32,000 nucleotides of DNA from Pseudomonadota bacterium (lineage in GTDB: Bacteria > Pseudomonadota > Alphaproteobacteria > Acetobacterales > Acetobacteraceae). Shown here in pieces: positions 25,013 to 32,000 of the stretch. Position numbers and translations under genes: made by a program. The stretch's first letter is position 1, and every line of letters starts with the position of its first letter. Location of the stretch: NCBI GenBank assembly GCA_021847995.1, contig JAJZNE010000005.1, forward strand, positions 10,284 to 42,283. Direction: 5' to 3'. The notes under the pieces were generated by a model, which was not told the origin of the DNA, searched no databases, and worked only from the letters and a program-made list of their open reading frames with translations.

Positions 25013-26461
25013 ATGCTGGTGCTCGATCATGACCGCGCCGGCGGCTACTGGGGTGCCGTCTATGCCTTCACCGCGGTGCGCGGCCTGCGCGTCGTCATCG
25101 ACGGGCCGGTCGGATGCGAGAACCTGCCGGTGACGGCGGTGCTGCACTACAGCGACGCGCTGCCGCCGCATGAGCTTCCCGTGGTCGTCACCGGCCTGGC
25201 GGAAGAGCAGCTTTCCATGAGCGGCACGGAAGGTGCGCTGCGCCGTGCCCGCGCGACCCAGGATCCCGACATGCCTGCGGTGGTCGTCACCGGCAGCATC
25301 GCCGAGATGATCGGCGGCGGCGTGACGCCCGAAGGGTCGAACCTGCTGCGCTTCATCCCGCGCACCATCGATGAGGACCAGTGGCAGGCCGCCGACCGGG
25401 CGATCTTCTGGCTGTGGAGCGAATTCGGCGCGCGGCGCGCGAAGCGCAGCCGCCCGCCGCGCGCAGCCGGCACCAAGCCGCGCGTGAACATCATCGGCCC
25501 CATCTACGGCACCTTCAACATGCCGTCCGACCTGGCGGAAATCCGTCGGCTGGTCGAGGGGATCGGCTGCGAAGTGAACCTGACCTTCCCTCTTGGCGCG
25601 CATCTTGAAGATATCCCACGGCTTGCCGACGCCGACGTGAATGTCTGCCTCTATCGCGAATTCGGCCGCCTGCTCTGCGAGGAGCTGGGTACGCCCTATC
25701 TTCAGGCGCCGATCGGTCTGTTTGCGACGACGAACTTCCTGCGCACCCTGGGCGAGCTCGCCGGCGTCGATCCGGAACCTTTCATCGCGCGCGAGAAGCA
25801 TACCACGATCAAGCCGATCTGGGATCTGTGGCGCAGCGTCACGCAGGACTTCTTCGGCAGCGCCAGCTTCGGCGTCGTCGCGACGGAAACCTACAGCCGC
25901 GGCCTCAGGCAGTTTCTCGGCGACGAGATGGGCATCCCCTGTACCTTCGCGATCGCGCGGCGCCCCGGCGTCAAGCCCGACAACGCCGCCGTCCGCGCCG
26001 CCCTGCGCGAGAAGCCGCCCCTGGTGCTTTACGGCTCCTGCAACGAGCGCATGTACGCCGCCGAGCTGCGGTCGCGCGCGGTCTATATTCCGGCCTCGTT
26101 TCCCGGTGCCGTGGTGCGCCGCGCCACCGGCACGCCGTTCATGGGCTATGCCGGTGCCACCTATCTCGTCCAGGAATTCTGCAACGCGCTGTTCGATGCG
26201 CTGTTCCACATCCTGCCGCTGGCAACCGAGATGGATCGCGGCGAGGCGACACCGTCGCGGCTCGATCACGGCGTGCCGTGGGATGCGGACGCGCTGGACC
26301 TGCTGCAGGATCATGTCGAGGCGGCGCCGTTCCTGCTGCGCATTTCGGCCGCCAAGCAGCTGCGCGAGCGTGCCGAGGCCGCCGCCCGTGACGCCGGCGA
26401 GGACCGGGTGACGGCACCGCGCGTCGCCCGCGCGCTCAGCGCAGCGCTGGCACCGGCATGA
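25013..26461 (+). CDS. bchZ: Chlorophyllide a reductase subunit Z
   Basis: Frame of ORF 24227..26461 trimmed to ATG 25013, 2 nt after the bchY TAG: [62 protein letters not shown].. 482 aa. Confidence 0.92.
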   Translation: MLVLDHDRAGGYWGAVYAFTAVRGLRVVIDGPVGCENLPVTAVLHYSDALPPHELPVVVTGLAEEQLSMSGTEGALRRARATQDPDMPAVVVTGSIAEMIGGGVTPEGSNLLRFIPRTIDEDQWQAADRAIFWLWSEFGARRAKRSRPPRAAGTKPRVNIIGPIYGTFNMPSDLAEIRRLVEGIGCEVNLTFPLGAHLEDIPRLADADVNVCLYREFGRLLCEELGTPYLQAPIGLFATTNFLRTLGELAGVDPEPFIAREKHTTIKPIWDLWRSVTQDFFGSASFGVVATETYSRGLRQFLGDEMGIPCTFAIARRPGVKPDNAAVRAALREKPPLVLYGSCNERMYAAELRSRAVYIPASFPGAVVRRATGTPFMGYAGATYLVQEFCNALFDALFHILPLATEMDRGEATPSRLDHGVPWDADALDLLQDHVEAAPFLLRISAAKQLRERAEAAARDAGEDRVTAPRVARALSAALAPA

Positions 26462-26484
26462 ACCGGTTCGCTGCATTCCGGTTT

Positions 26485-26594
26485 GCGACGGCATTGCCGT
26501 CGCTCCACCACGCCTGCATGGCGCCTGCGCCATGCGGTGCGTCCGTCGTGGCGCGGGGCGCCACGACGGTCCCGGCCGCGCGGGGCTCGCGCGG
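26485..26594 (+). promoter_or_regulatory. Structured bchZ-pufB leader: three GC-rich hairpins (candidate puf mRNA 5' stabilising structures)
   Basis: GCGACGGC-att-GCCGTCGC (26485-26503). CCGTCGTGGCGC-ggg-GCGCCACGACGG (26543-26569, 12-bp perfect stem). CCGCGCG-gggct-CGCGCGG (26576-26594). They are followed by the GAGGAG SD and the pufB ATG at 26630. Confidence 0.45.
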
Positions 26595-26629
26595 TAACGG
26601 CCGCCTGGCCGCTTTCCGAGGAGACCCTC

Positions 26630-26854
26630 ATGGCTACTGGCTTGGATAAGGGTTCGATGTCGGGGCTGACCGAGTCGGAGGCGAAGGAATTCCACTCCGT
26701 CTTCGTCACCAGCTTCGTCGTCTTCGTTGTGATCGCCGTTATCGCGCACATTCTCGCGTGGCAATGGCGGCCGTGGCTGCCCGGAACGAATGGCTACTCC
26801 ATGCTGGACCACGCGACCGGCCTGATCGGTCACGCGGTCTCGGCGCTCGCTTGA
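26630..26854 (+). CDS. pufB: Light-harvesting complex 1 beta polypeptide, 74 aa with C-terminal extension
   Basis: ORF 26483..26854 trimmed to ATG 26630 (GAGGAG SD 26618-26623): [74 protein letters not shown]. Carries the LH beta signature EAKEFH..AH(40)ILAW.WRPW. Confidence 0.92.
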   Translation: MATGLDKGSMSGLTESEAKEFHSVFVTSFVVFVVIAVIAHILAWQWRPWLPGTNGYSMLDHATGLIGHAVSALA

Positions 26855-26867
26855 GGAGGGCGACGCA

Positions 26868-27053
26868 ATGTGGCGCATGTGGCTGCTTTTCGATCCGCGG
26901 CGGGTGCTGGTGGCACTCGGTATCTTCCTGTTCGTCCTGGCGTTGCTGATCCACTTCATCCTGCTCAGCACCGACCGGTTCAACTGGCTGGAAGGGCCGC
27001 ATCACGGTGCAATGGCCGGGCAGATGGCACCGCTGCCGGCACCCGCGAAGTAA
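26868..27053 (+). CDS. pufA: Light-harvesting complex 1 alpha polypeptide
   Basis: 61 aa, [43 protein letters not shown].. (LH alpha signature with the BChl-ligand His in LIHFILLST). GGAGGG SD 26855-26860. Confidence 0.93.
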   Translation: MWRMWLLFDPRRVLVALGIFLFVLALLIHFILLSTDRFNWLEGPHHGAMAGQMAPLPAPAK

Positions 27054-27075
27054 CCTTCGTGCCCAAGGCGGTGGG

Positions 27076-27149
27076 CGGGGTCATGGCTTTGCGGATGACC
27101 CCGGCCGCCGCCGGGATGCGACGATGGGAGGTGCCGCGCGCACCGTCCC
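27076..27149 (+). promoter_or_regulatory. pufA-pufL intercistronic hairpins (candidate mRNA decay barrier / partial terminator)
   Basis: C-GGGGTCAT-(10 nt)-ATGACCCC-G (27076-27103, 9 bp). GGGAGGTGC-(5 nt)-GCACC(g)TCCC (27126-27149, 9 bp with one bulge). Both lie in the 127-nt gap between pufA and pufL. Confidence 0.55.
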
Positions 27150-27180
27150 GCCGCCGCCCCACCCGAGCGGAGACAGTCTC

Positions 27181-28005
27181 ATGGCGATGCTGAGCTTCGA
27201 ACAAAAGTACCGCGTGCGCGGCGGCACCCTGATCGGCGGCGACCTTTTCGATTTCTGGGTCGGGCCGTTCTATGTCGGCTTCTTCGGTGTCACCACGGCC
27301 TTCTTCGCCCTGCTCGGCACGGCGCTGATCGTCTGGGGGGCGGCGATCGGGCCGACCTGGAACCTCTGGCGCATCAGTATCGCGCCGCCGGATTTGAGCT
27401 ACGGCCTCGGCCTGGCGCCGCTGCGCGAAGGCGGGCTGTGGCAGCTCATCACCGTCTGCGCGCTCGGCGCCTTCATCTCCTGGGCGCTCAGGCAATGGGA
27501 AATCGCGCGCAAGCTCGGCATGGGCGCGCATATCCCGGTCGCCTTCGGATTTGCCATCTTCGCCTATTTCAGCCTGGTGGTGATCCGGCCGGTGCTGATG
27601 GGCGCCTGGGGTCAGGGCTTTCCCTATGGCATCATCAGCCATCTCGACTGGGTGTCCAACACCGGCTACCAGTACCTGCATTTCCACTACAATCCCGCGC
27701 ACATGATCGCGGTCAGCTTCTTCTTCACCAACGCGCTCGCGCTGGCGCTGCACGGCTCCCTGGTGCTGTCGGCCGCCAATCCCGGCCGCGGCGAGACGGT
27801 GAAGGGCACCGAGGCGGAAAACGCCTATTTCCGCGATACCATCGGCTATTCCATCGGCACGCTCGGAATCCATCGCCTCGGCCTGTTCCTGGCGGTGTCG
27901 GCGGCGTTCTGGAGCGCCGTGTGCATCATCATCAGCGGGCCGTTCTGGACGCGCGGCTGGCCGGAATGGTGGACCTGGTGGCTCAACCTGCCGATCTGGA
28001 AATAG
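27181..28005 (+). CDS. pufL: Photosynthetic reaction centre L subunit
   Basis: ORF 27007..28005 trimmed to ATG 27181: [85 protein letters not shown].. 274 aa. Confidence 0.95.
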   Translation: MAMLSFEQKYRVRGGTLIGGDLFDFWVGPFYVGFFGVTTAFFALLGTALIVWGAAIGPTWNLWRISIAPPDLSYGLGLAPLREGGLWQLITVCALGAFISWALRQWEIARKLGMGAHIPVAFGFAIFAYFSLVVIRPVLMGAWGQGFPYGIISHLDWVSNTGYQYLHFHYNPAHMIAVSFFFTNALALALHGSLVLSAANPGRGETVKGTEAENAYFRDTIGYSIGTLGIHRLGLFLAVSAAFWSAVCIIISGPFWTRGWPEWWTWWLNLPIWK

Positions 28006-28060
28006 CGGGCGCGTCGCCGCGCACGGCGCAACCACAACACGCGACGGGGGACATTGTCCG

Positions 28061-29038
28061 ATGGCCGAATACCAGAACATCTTCACCCGCGTGCAGGTCC
28101 GCGGCCCGCTGCACGCCGGCTCCGCCCTGCCGGCCGGAAGCTGGGAGCGGACCGGACAGGGCCGCTTCATCCACTGGCTCGGCCGTCTCGGCGATGCGCA
28201 GATCGGTCCGATCTATCTCGGCTTCTCGGGCATCGCCTCGCTGATCCTGGGCTTCTTCGCGATCGAGATCATCGGCCTCAACATGTGGGCCTCGGTCAAC
28301 TGGGATCCGGTGCAGTTCGTCCGGCAACTGCCGTGGCTGGCGCTGGAGCCGCCGCCGCCCGCCTATGGCCTGCATCTGCCGCCGCTGCAACAGGGCGGCT
28401 GGTGGCTGCTGGCGGGCTTCTGCCTGACGGCCTCCATCCTGCTGTGGTGGGTGCGCATGTATCGCCGTGCCCGCGCGCTCGGCCTCGGCACCCACACCGC
28501 CTGGGCGTTCGCCGCCGCCATCTGGCTCTATCTCGTGCTCGGCTTCATCCGCCCGCTGCTGATGGGAAGCTGGGCCGAGGCCGTGCCGTTCGGCATCTTC
28601 CCGCATCTCGACTGGACTGCCGCATTCTCGCTCCGCTACGGCAACCTGTTCTACAATCCGTTCCACATGCTCTCGATCGCCTTCCTCTACGGGTCGGCGG
28701 TGCTGTTCGCGATGCACGGTGCCACCATCCTCGCCGTCAGCCGCTTCGGCGGTGAGCGGGAGGTGGAGCAGATCATCGACCGCGGCACGGCGGCCGAGCG
28801 CGCCGCGATATTCTGGCGCTGGACCATGGGCTTCAACGCCACCTTCGAATCGCTGCACCGCTGGGGCTGGTGGTTCGCCGTGCTGTGCCCGCTGACCGGC
28901 GGCATCGGCATCCTGCTCACCGGCACCGTGGTGGACAACTGGTATCTCTGGGGCGTCAAGCACGGCATCGCCCCGCCCTATCCCGCCGTGTTCCCCGCCG
29001 TCATCGATCCGGCGTCGCATCAGGGGATGGTGCCATGA
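28061..29038 (+). CDS. pufM: Photosynthetic reaction centre M subunit
   Basis: 325 aa. [96 protein letters not shown]. Confidence 0.95.
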   Translation: MAEYQNIFTRVQVRGPLHAGSALPAGSWERTGQGRFIHWLGRLGDAQIGPIYLGFSGIASLILGFFAIEIIGLNMWASVNWDPVQFVRQLPWLALEPPPPAYGLHLPPLQQGGWWLLAGFCLTASILLWWVRMYRRARALGLGTHTAWAFAAAIWLYLVLGFIRPLLMGSWAEAVPFGIFPHLDWTAAFSLRYGNLFYNPFHMLSIAFLYGSAVLFAMHGATILAVSRFGGEREVEQIIDRGTAAERAAIFWRWTMGFNATFESLHRWGWWFAVLCPLTGGIGILLTGTVVDNWYLWGVKHGIAPPYPAVFPAVIDPASHQGMVP

Positions 29039-30054
29039 AATTCGGCCTGCAGATCGCCGCCGCCCTCGTCGCCGTCATCGCCGCCGCCATCATCTTCGGC
29101 ACCTTCGAGCGCCCGCCGGTGACGACGGTGCAGCGCGGCTACCGCGGCACCGCAATGGAGCAGGTTTACAATCCGCGCCTGCTGTCGGCGGCGATGGCCG
29201 CCAACATCGCCCCCGCATCACTGCCCCAGGCCCCGGCCGACGGGCCGAAGGCCGGTGCGGTCTATAAGAACGTTCAGGTGCTGAAGGACGTGAGCGTGGC
29301 GCAGTTCACCCGCCTGATGGTCTCCATGACCACGTGGGTCGCACCGCAGCAGGGTTGCGCCTATTGCCACCGGACGGCGGAAATGGCCTCCGACGCGCTC
29401 TACACCAAGGTCGTCGCGCGGCGCATGCTGCAGATGGTGCGCCACATCAACGCCGACTGGACGTCGCATGTCGCCGGCGTCGGCGTGACCTGCTACACCT
29501 GCCACCGTGGCCAGCCGGTGCCGGCCGTGATCTGGTGGAACGGCGATCCGCAGGCCGCAACACCCGGCGTCGCCATCCCCGCGGTCGGCAAGAACCACCC
29601 CTCCGCCGCCGCCGGCGCCAGTTCGCTGCCGGATGATCCGTTCACGCCGTTCCTGGAGCAGGCGAACGATATCCGCGTGGAGGCGGTGCAGGCCCTGCCC
29701 GGCACCGACAACCACTCGATCAAGCAGACCGACTGGACCTATGCGCTGATGATCCATTTCTCCGAGGCGCTGGGCGTCAACTGCACCTACTGCCACAACA
29801 GCCGCCAGTTCGCGTCCTGGGAACAGAGCACGCCGCAGCGGGTGACGGCCTGGTACGGCATCCGCATGGTGCGCGACCTCAACACCCAGTATCTCGACGG
29901 GCTGGCCGGCGTGTTCCCGCCGCAGCGGCTCGGGCCGCTCGGCGACGCGCCGAAGCTGAACTGCGCCACCTGCCACCGCGGCGCCTACAAGCCGCTGTTC
30001 GGGGTGGCGATGGCGAAGGAGTTTCCGGAACTGACCGGTGCCGCCCACCCCTAG
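29035..30054 (+). CDS. pufC: Reaction-centre-bound tetraheme cytochrome c subunit
   Basis: Frame of ORF 28870..30054 trimmed to ATG 29035 (ATGA overlap with the pufM stop), 339 aa. N-terminal hydrophobic anchor [22 protein letters not shown] with no lipobox Cys. Four CxxCH motifs: CAYCH, CYTCH, CTYCH, CATCH. Confidence 0.92.
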   Translation: MKFGLQIAAALVAVIAAAIIFGTFERPPVTTVQRGYRGTAMEQVYNPRLLSAAMAANIAPASLPQAPADGPKAGAVYKNVQVLKDVSVAQFTRLMVSMTTWVAPQQGCAYCHRTAEMASDALYTKVVARRMLQMVRHINADWTSHVAGVGVTCYTCHRGQPVPAVIWWNGDPQAATPGVAIPAVGKNHPSAAAGASSLPDDPFTPFLEQANDIRVEAVQALPGTDNHSIKQTDWTYALMIHFSEALGVNCTYCHNSRQFASWEQSTPQRVTAWYGIRMVRDLNTQYLDGLAGVFPPQRLGPLGDAPKLNCATCHRGAYKPLFGVAMAKEFPELTGAAHP

Positions 30055-30098
30055 GCGTCGTTTCCTCCCCGCGCCCGGGCGGGCCACCGGCGGTCGCG

Positions 30099-30138
30099 CA
30101 GCGGCCGGGCGATCAGTCGCCCGGCCGCTGTTGCGTTG
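30099..30138 (+). terminator. Hairpin terminator at the end of the puf operon (convergent with orf92)
   Basis: 14-bp perfect stem CAGCGGCCGGGCGA-tcag-TCGCCCGGCCGCTG (30099-30130) followed by TTGCGTTG, 45 nt after the pufC stop. The orf92 stop codon (30115-30113) lies in the loop. Confidence 0.6.
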
Positions 30139-30391
30139 TCCCTTCCCGCCCGCGCTGCCACAGGTCCAACAGGTGGAACCCAAACGCCACCAGCAGCCAG
30201 AGCGCGATGGCACCGGCGCGGCCGCCGCCGAGGGCGGCCCGCAGCGCCGCAAGCAGCCCCGCGCCCGCCGCCAGCGTCGGCAGAAGCGCGCCCGGCCGCG
30301 GGCCGCGCCCGCTCCACCGGTGCCAGAGGGCAAGCACCACCGCCTCCCCCGCCAGCAGCGCCAGCACCGCATCGACCGCATGCCGGGTCAT
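30113..30391 (-). CDS. Small hydrophobic protein (92 aa, about 3 predicted TM helices), function unknown, translationally coupled to bchO
   Basis: ATG 30391-30389 overlaps the bchO TGA (ATGA). MTRHAVDAVLALLAGEAVVLALWHRWSGRGPRPGALLPTLAAGAGLLAALRAALGGGRAGAIALWLLVAFGFHLLDLWQRGREGTTQQRPGD. Three hydrophobic stretches are separated by short basic loops, and read by eye, nearly all codons end in G or C. I recognise no family. Confidence 0.55.
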   Translation of the reverse strand: MTRHAVDAVLALLAGEAVVLALWHRWSGRGPRPGALLPTLAAGAGLLAALRAALGGGRAGAIALWLLVAFGFHLLDLWQRGREGTTQQRPGD

Positions 30392-31257
30392 GCCGCGCGC
30401 TTCACCAGCAGCGCCGCCACCAGGTCCGGCCGTTCCTCGTGCGCAAGATGGCCCAGCCCCGGCAGCGACAGCAGCTCAGCGGTCGGCAAGCTCCGGCGTA
30501 CCCGCCCGGCCTCGCTTGGCGGCACGGTGCGGTCGTTGCTGCCCGTGACCAGCAGCAGCCGTTGCGCGAGCGCCGGCAATTGCTGCGCCAGCGGGCGCAG
30601 ATCCCACTGCGCCATCATGCCGAGCGCCGCCGCGACATGGCCGGGAGTGCCGGCGAGACGCTGATAGAGGCGCACCCCCTCCTCATCGAGCGTCGAGCCG
30701 GTGCCGGCCAGCAGCCGTTCGGTCACCGGCCGCGCGCCGGCGCGGCGTGCGAACAGCCAGGGCACCGGCGGCAGGGCCGCGAGCAGCCGCGCGATCGGCG
30801 AGAACACGTGCTCCGACACGCCCGGCAGTGGCAGCAGCGCGCCGTTCAGGCTGACGATGGTGGCGGGGCCGATGCGCCGGTCGAGGCACATGCGGACCAG
30901 GATCGCCGCCCCCGCGGAATGCCCCGCCGCCAGCGCCGGCGGCGGCAGCCCCAGGGCGTGCAGCAGTTGGGCCAGCCCGAACGCCATGCCGGGCAGCGAC
31001 AGGCGCGCCGGCGGCGGCGTCTCGGTGAAGCCGTGGCCGGGCAGATCGGGGGCGATCACGGTGAAATGCGGCGCCAGCAGCGGCAGCAGGCCGCGCCAGG
31101 AATGCGTCGCCGCCCCGGTGCCGTGCACCAGCAGCAGCACCTTCCCGCTTCCCGCCACCTGCACGTGCCAGGTGATGCCGCCGGCGGCGACGAAGCGGCT
31201 GGCGTCGCGGTTCGGCCAGTCCTGCCCGTCGCGCGCCCATTCCAGCCGCCGCCTCAC
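30388..31257 (-). CDS. bchO: BchO, alpha/beta-hydrolase-fold protein associated with Mg-chelatase genes
   Basis: 289 aa. ..DGQDWPNRDASRFVAAGGITWHVQVAGSGKVLLLVHGTGAATHSWRGLLPLLAPHFTVIAPDLPGHGFT.. with nucleophile-elbow-like GHSAG. GTG start forms GTGA with the bchD stop. Position after bchD. Confidence 0.85.
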   Translation of the reverse strand: MRRRLEWARDGQDWPNRDASRFVAAGGITWHVQVAGSGKVLLLVHGTGAATHSWRGLLPLLAPHFTVIAPDLPGHGFTETPPPARLSLPGMAFGLAQLLHALGLPPPALAAGHSAGAAILVRMCLDRRIGPATIVSLNGALLPLPGVSEHVFSPIARLLAALPPVPWLFARRAGARPVTERLLAGTGSTLDEEGVRLYQRLAGTPGHVAAALGMMAQWDLRPLAQQLPALAQRLLLVTGSNDRTVPPSEAGRVRRSLPTAELLSLPGLGHLAHEERPDLVAALLVKRAA

Positions 31258-32000
31258 GGGCGCAGCGCCTGCACGGTGCGGGCGAGGGCGGTGGCATCGG
31301 CGCCGGGCAGCGGCGCATAGCTCGCCCCCATCGCCGCCGCCAGCTCTGCTGCCGCTTCGCCCGGTCGCGGCGCCACGTCGATCAGCGCCGCGGCCAGCCC
31401 GGTCGCACGCAGCGCGCGCGCCGCCTCCAGCGCCTCCGTCCCGGCGCGGCCACGGCCGGGTGTGCCGTCGCGCGCGACATTGGCGCGCCCGTCGGTGAGG
31501 AACACCAGGAACGGCACCGCCCCCCGCCTTCGCACCGTGGCACCCAGTTCACGTGCGGCGTCCACCGCCGCCGCCAGCGGCGTGCCGCCGCCGCCGCGCA
31601 GGCCGGCGAGGCTGCGGCGCGCGCGCGCCAGGGCGCCGGTGGGTGGCAGCAGCAGCTCGGCGTCCCGGCCGCGGAAGGCGATCAGCGCCACCTGGGCGCG
31701 CCGCACATAGGCCGCGGCCAGCAGCAGCTCCACCGCCCCCTTGGCCTCGCCGAGCCGGTGCAGTGCCGCGGAGCCGGAGGCGTCGAGGACGAAAATGGTG
31801 GTGCTGGCGCTGCGCCGCCGCACCCGCCGGATGCGCAGATCCGATCGCCGCACCGCCATCCGCGCCCCCGAAGGCGGCGGCGGGCGAAGGCGCTGCCACG
31901 GGGCGGCCGCCTTCAGCGTCCCCAGCACATCGAGCCGCGCTCCGCCGCCGGGACTGCCGGCGCTGGTGCCGATCGGCCGGCCGCGGCCGGCGCCGCGCTG
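31254..32000 (-). CDS. bchD: Magnesium chelatase D subunit, C-terminal (vWA) part; 5' end beyond base 32000
   Basis: The frame is open from base 32000 (manual check: QRGAGRGRPIGTSAGSPGGGARLDVLGTLKAAAPWQRLR..). vWA/MIDAS region ..TTIFVLDASGSAAL..VALIAFRG..LRGGGGTPLAAAV..FLVFLTDGRANV.. The track's GTG-start Met at 31928 is internal. Confidence 0.88.
   Translation of the reverse strand, partial: QRGAGRGRPIGTSAGSPGGGARLDVLGTLKAAAPWQRLRPPPPSGARMAVRRSDLRIRRVRRRSASTTIFVLDASGSAALHRLGEAKGAVELLLAAAYVRRAQVALIAFRGRDAELLLPPTGALARARRSLAGLRGGGGTPLAAAVDAARELGATVRRRGAVPFLVFLTDGRANVARDGTPGRGRAGTEALEAARALRATGLAAALIDVAPRPGEAAAELAAAMGASYAPLPGADATALARTVQALRP

Noticed and set aside
26458-26649. 63-aa ORF at the pufQ position, ATGA-coupled to bchZ.
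   Set aside because: It lacks the hydrophobic helix expected of PufQ. Read by eye, it has more A/T-ending codons than real genes here. It is filled with RNA hairpin sequence and overlaps the pufB SD and start. It is kept only as a low-priority note in the findings.
27685-27687. I checked PufL for the His-to-Glu change at the L168-equivalent position, reported (from memory) for Zn-bacteriochlorophyll-containing Acidiphilium.
   Set aside because: The residue is His here (..[13 protein letters not shown].., cac at 27685-27687). The other pigment-ligand His residues are also in place, so there is no sign of that variant.

Overview
This very GC-rich window is almost entirely a purple-bacterial photosynthesis gene cluster (PGC). 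It looks alphaproteobacterial, and the LH1 alpha/beta peptides resemble Rhodospirillum-type sequences, but any taxon call is inference only. Gene order: [lhaA<bchM<bchL<bchH<bchB<bchN<bchF] on minus; divergent control region; [ppaA/aerR>ppsR>bchG>bchP>tspO>crtI>crtB] on plus; [crtC<crtD] on minus; control region; [crtE>crtF>bchC>bchX>bchY>bchZ>pufB>pufA>pufL>pufM>pufC] on plus; strong hairpin terminator; [orf92<bchO<bchD] on minus, with bchD running off the right edge. lhaA runs off the left edge. I call 30 CDS. Most ORF-track entries had to be trimmed to internal starts that sit on stop/start junctions (ATGA, GTGA). I saw no tRNA, rRNA, CRISPR, IS or phage features. The only AT-richer islands are three short control regions (about 9380-9560, 19500-19560, 21550-21600), and each carries PpsR/CrtJ-type TGT-N12-ACA palindromes. 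I found no clearly new multi-gene system; this is a conserved, well-understood locus. Points worth a second look: (1) crtC has no canonical start codon near its conserved N-terminus, which lies inside the crtD 3' tail in another frame. (2) A 34-bp near-palindromic operator places TTGACA boxes on both strands between bchF and ppaA, and a perfect site sits on the bchF start codon. (3) LH1 beta carries a 17-residue His-containing C-terminal extension. (4) An unrecognised 92-aa three-helix membrane ORF is translationally coupled to bchO. (5) RNA hairpins are dense around pufBA and pufQ is absent.
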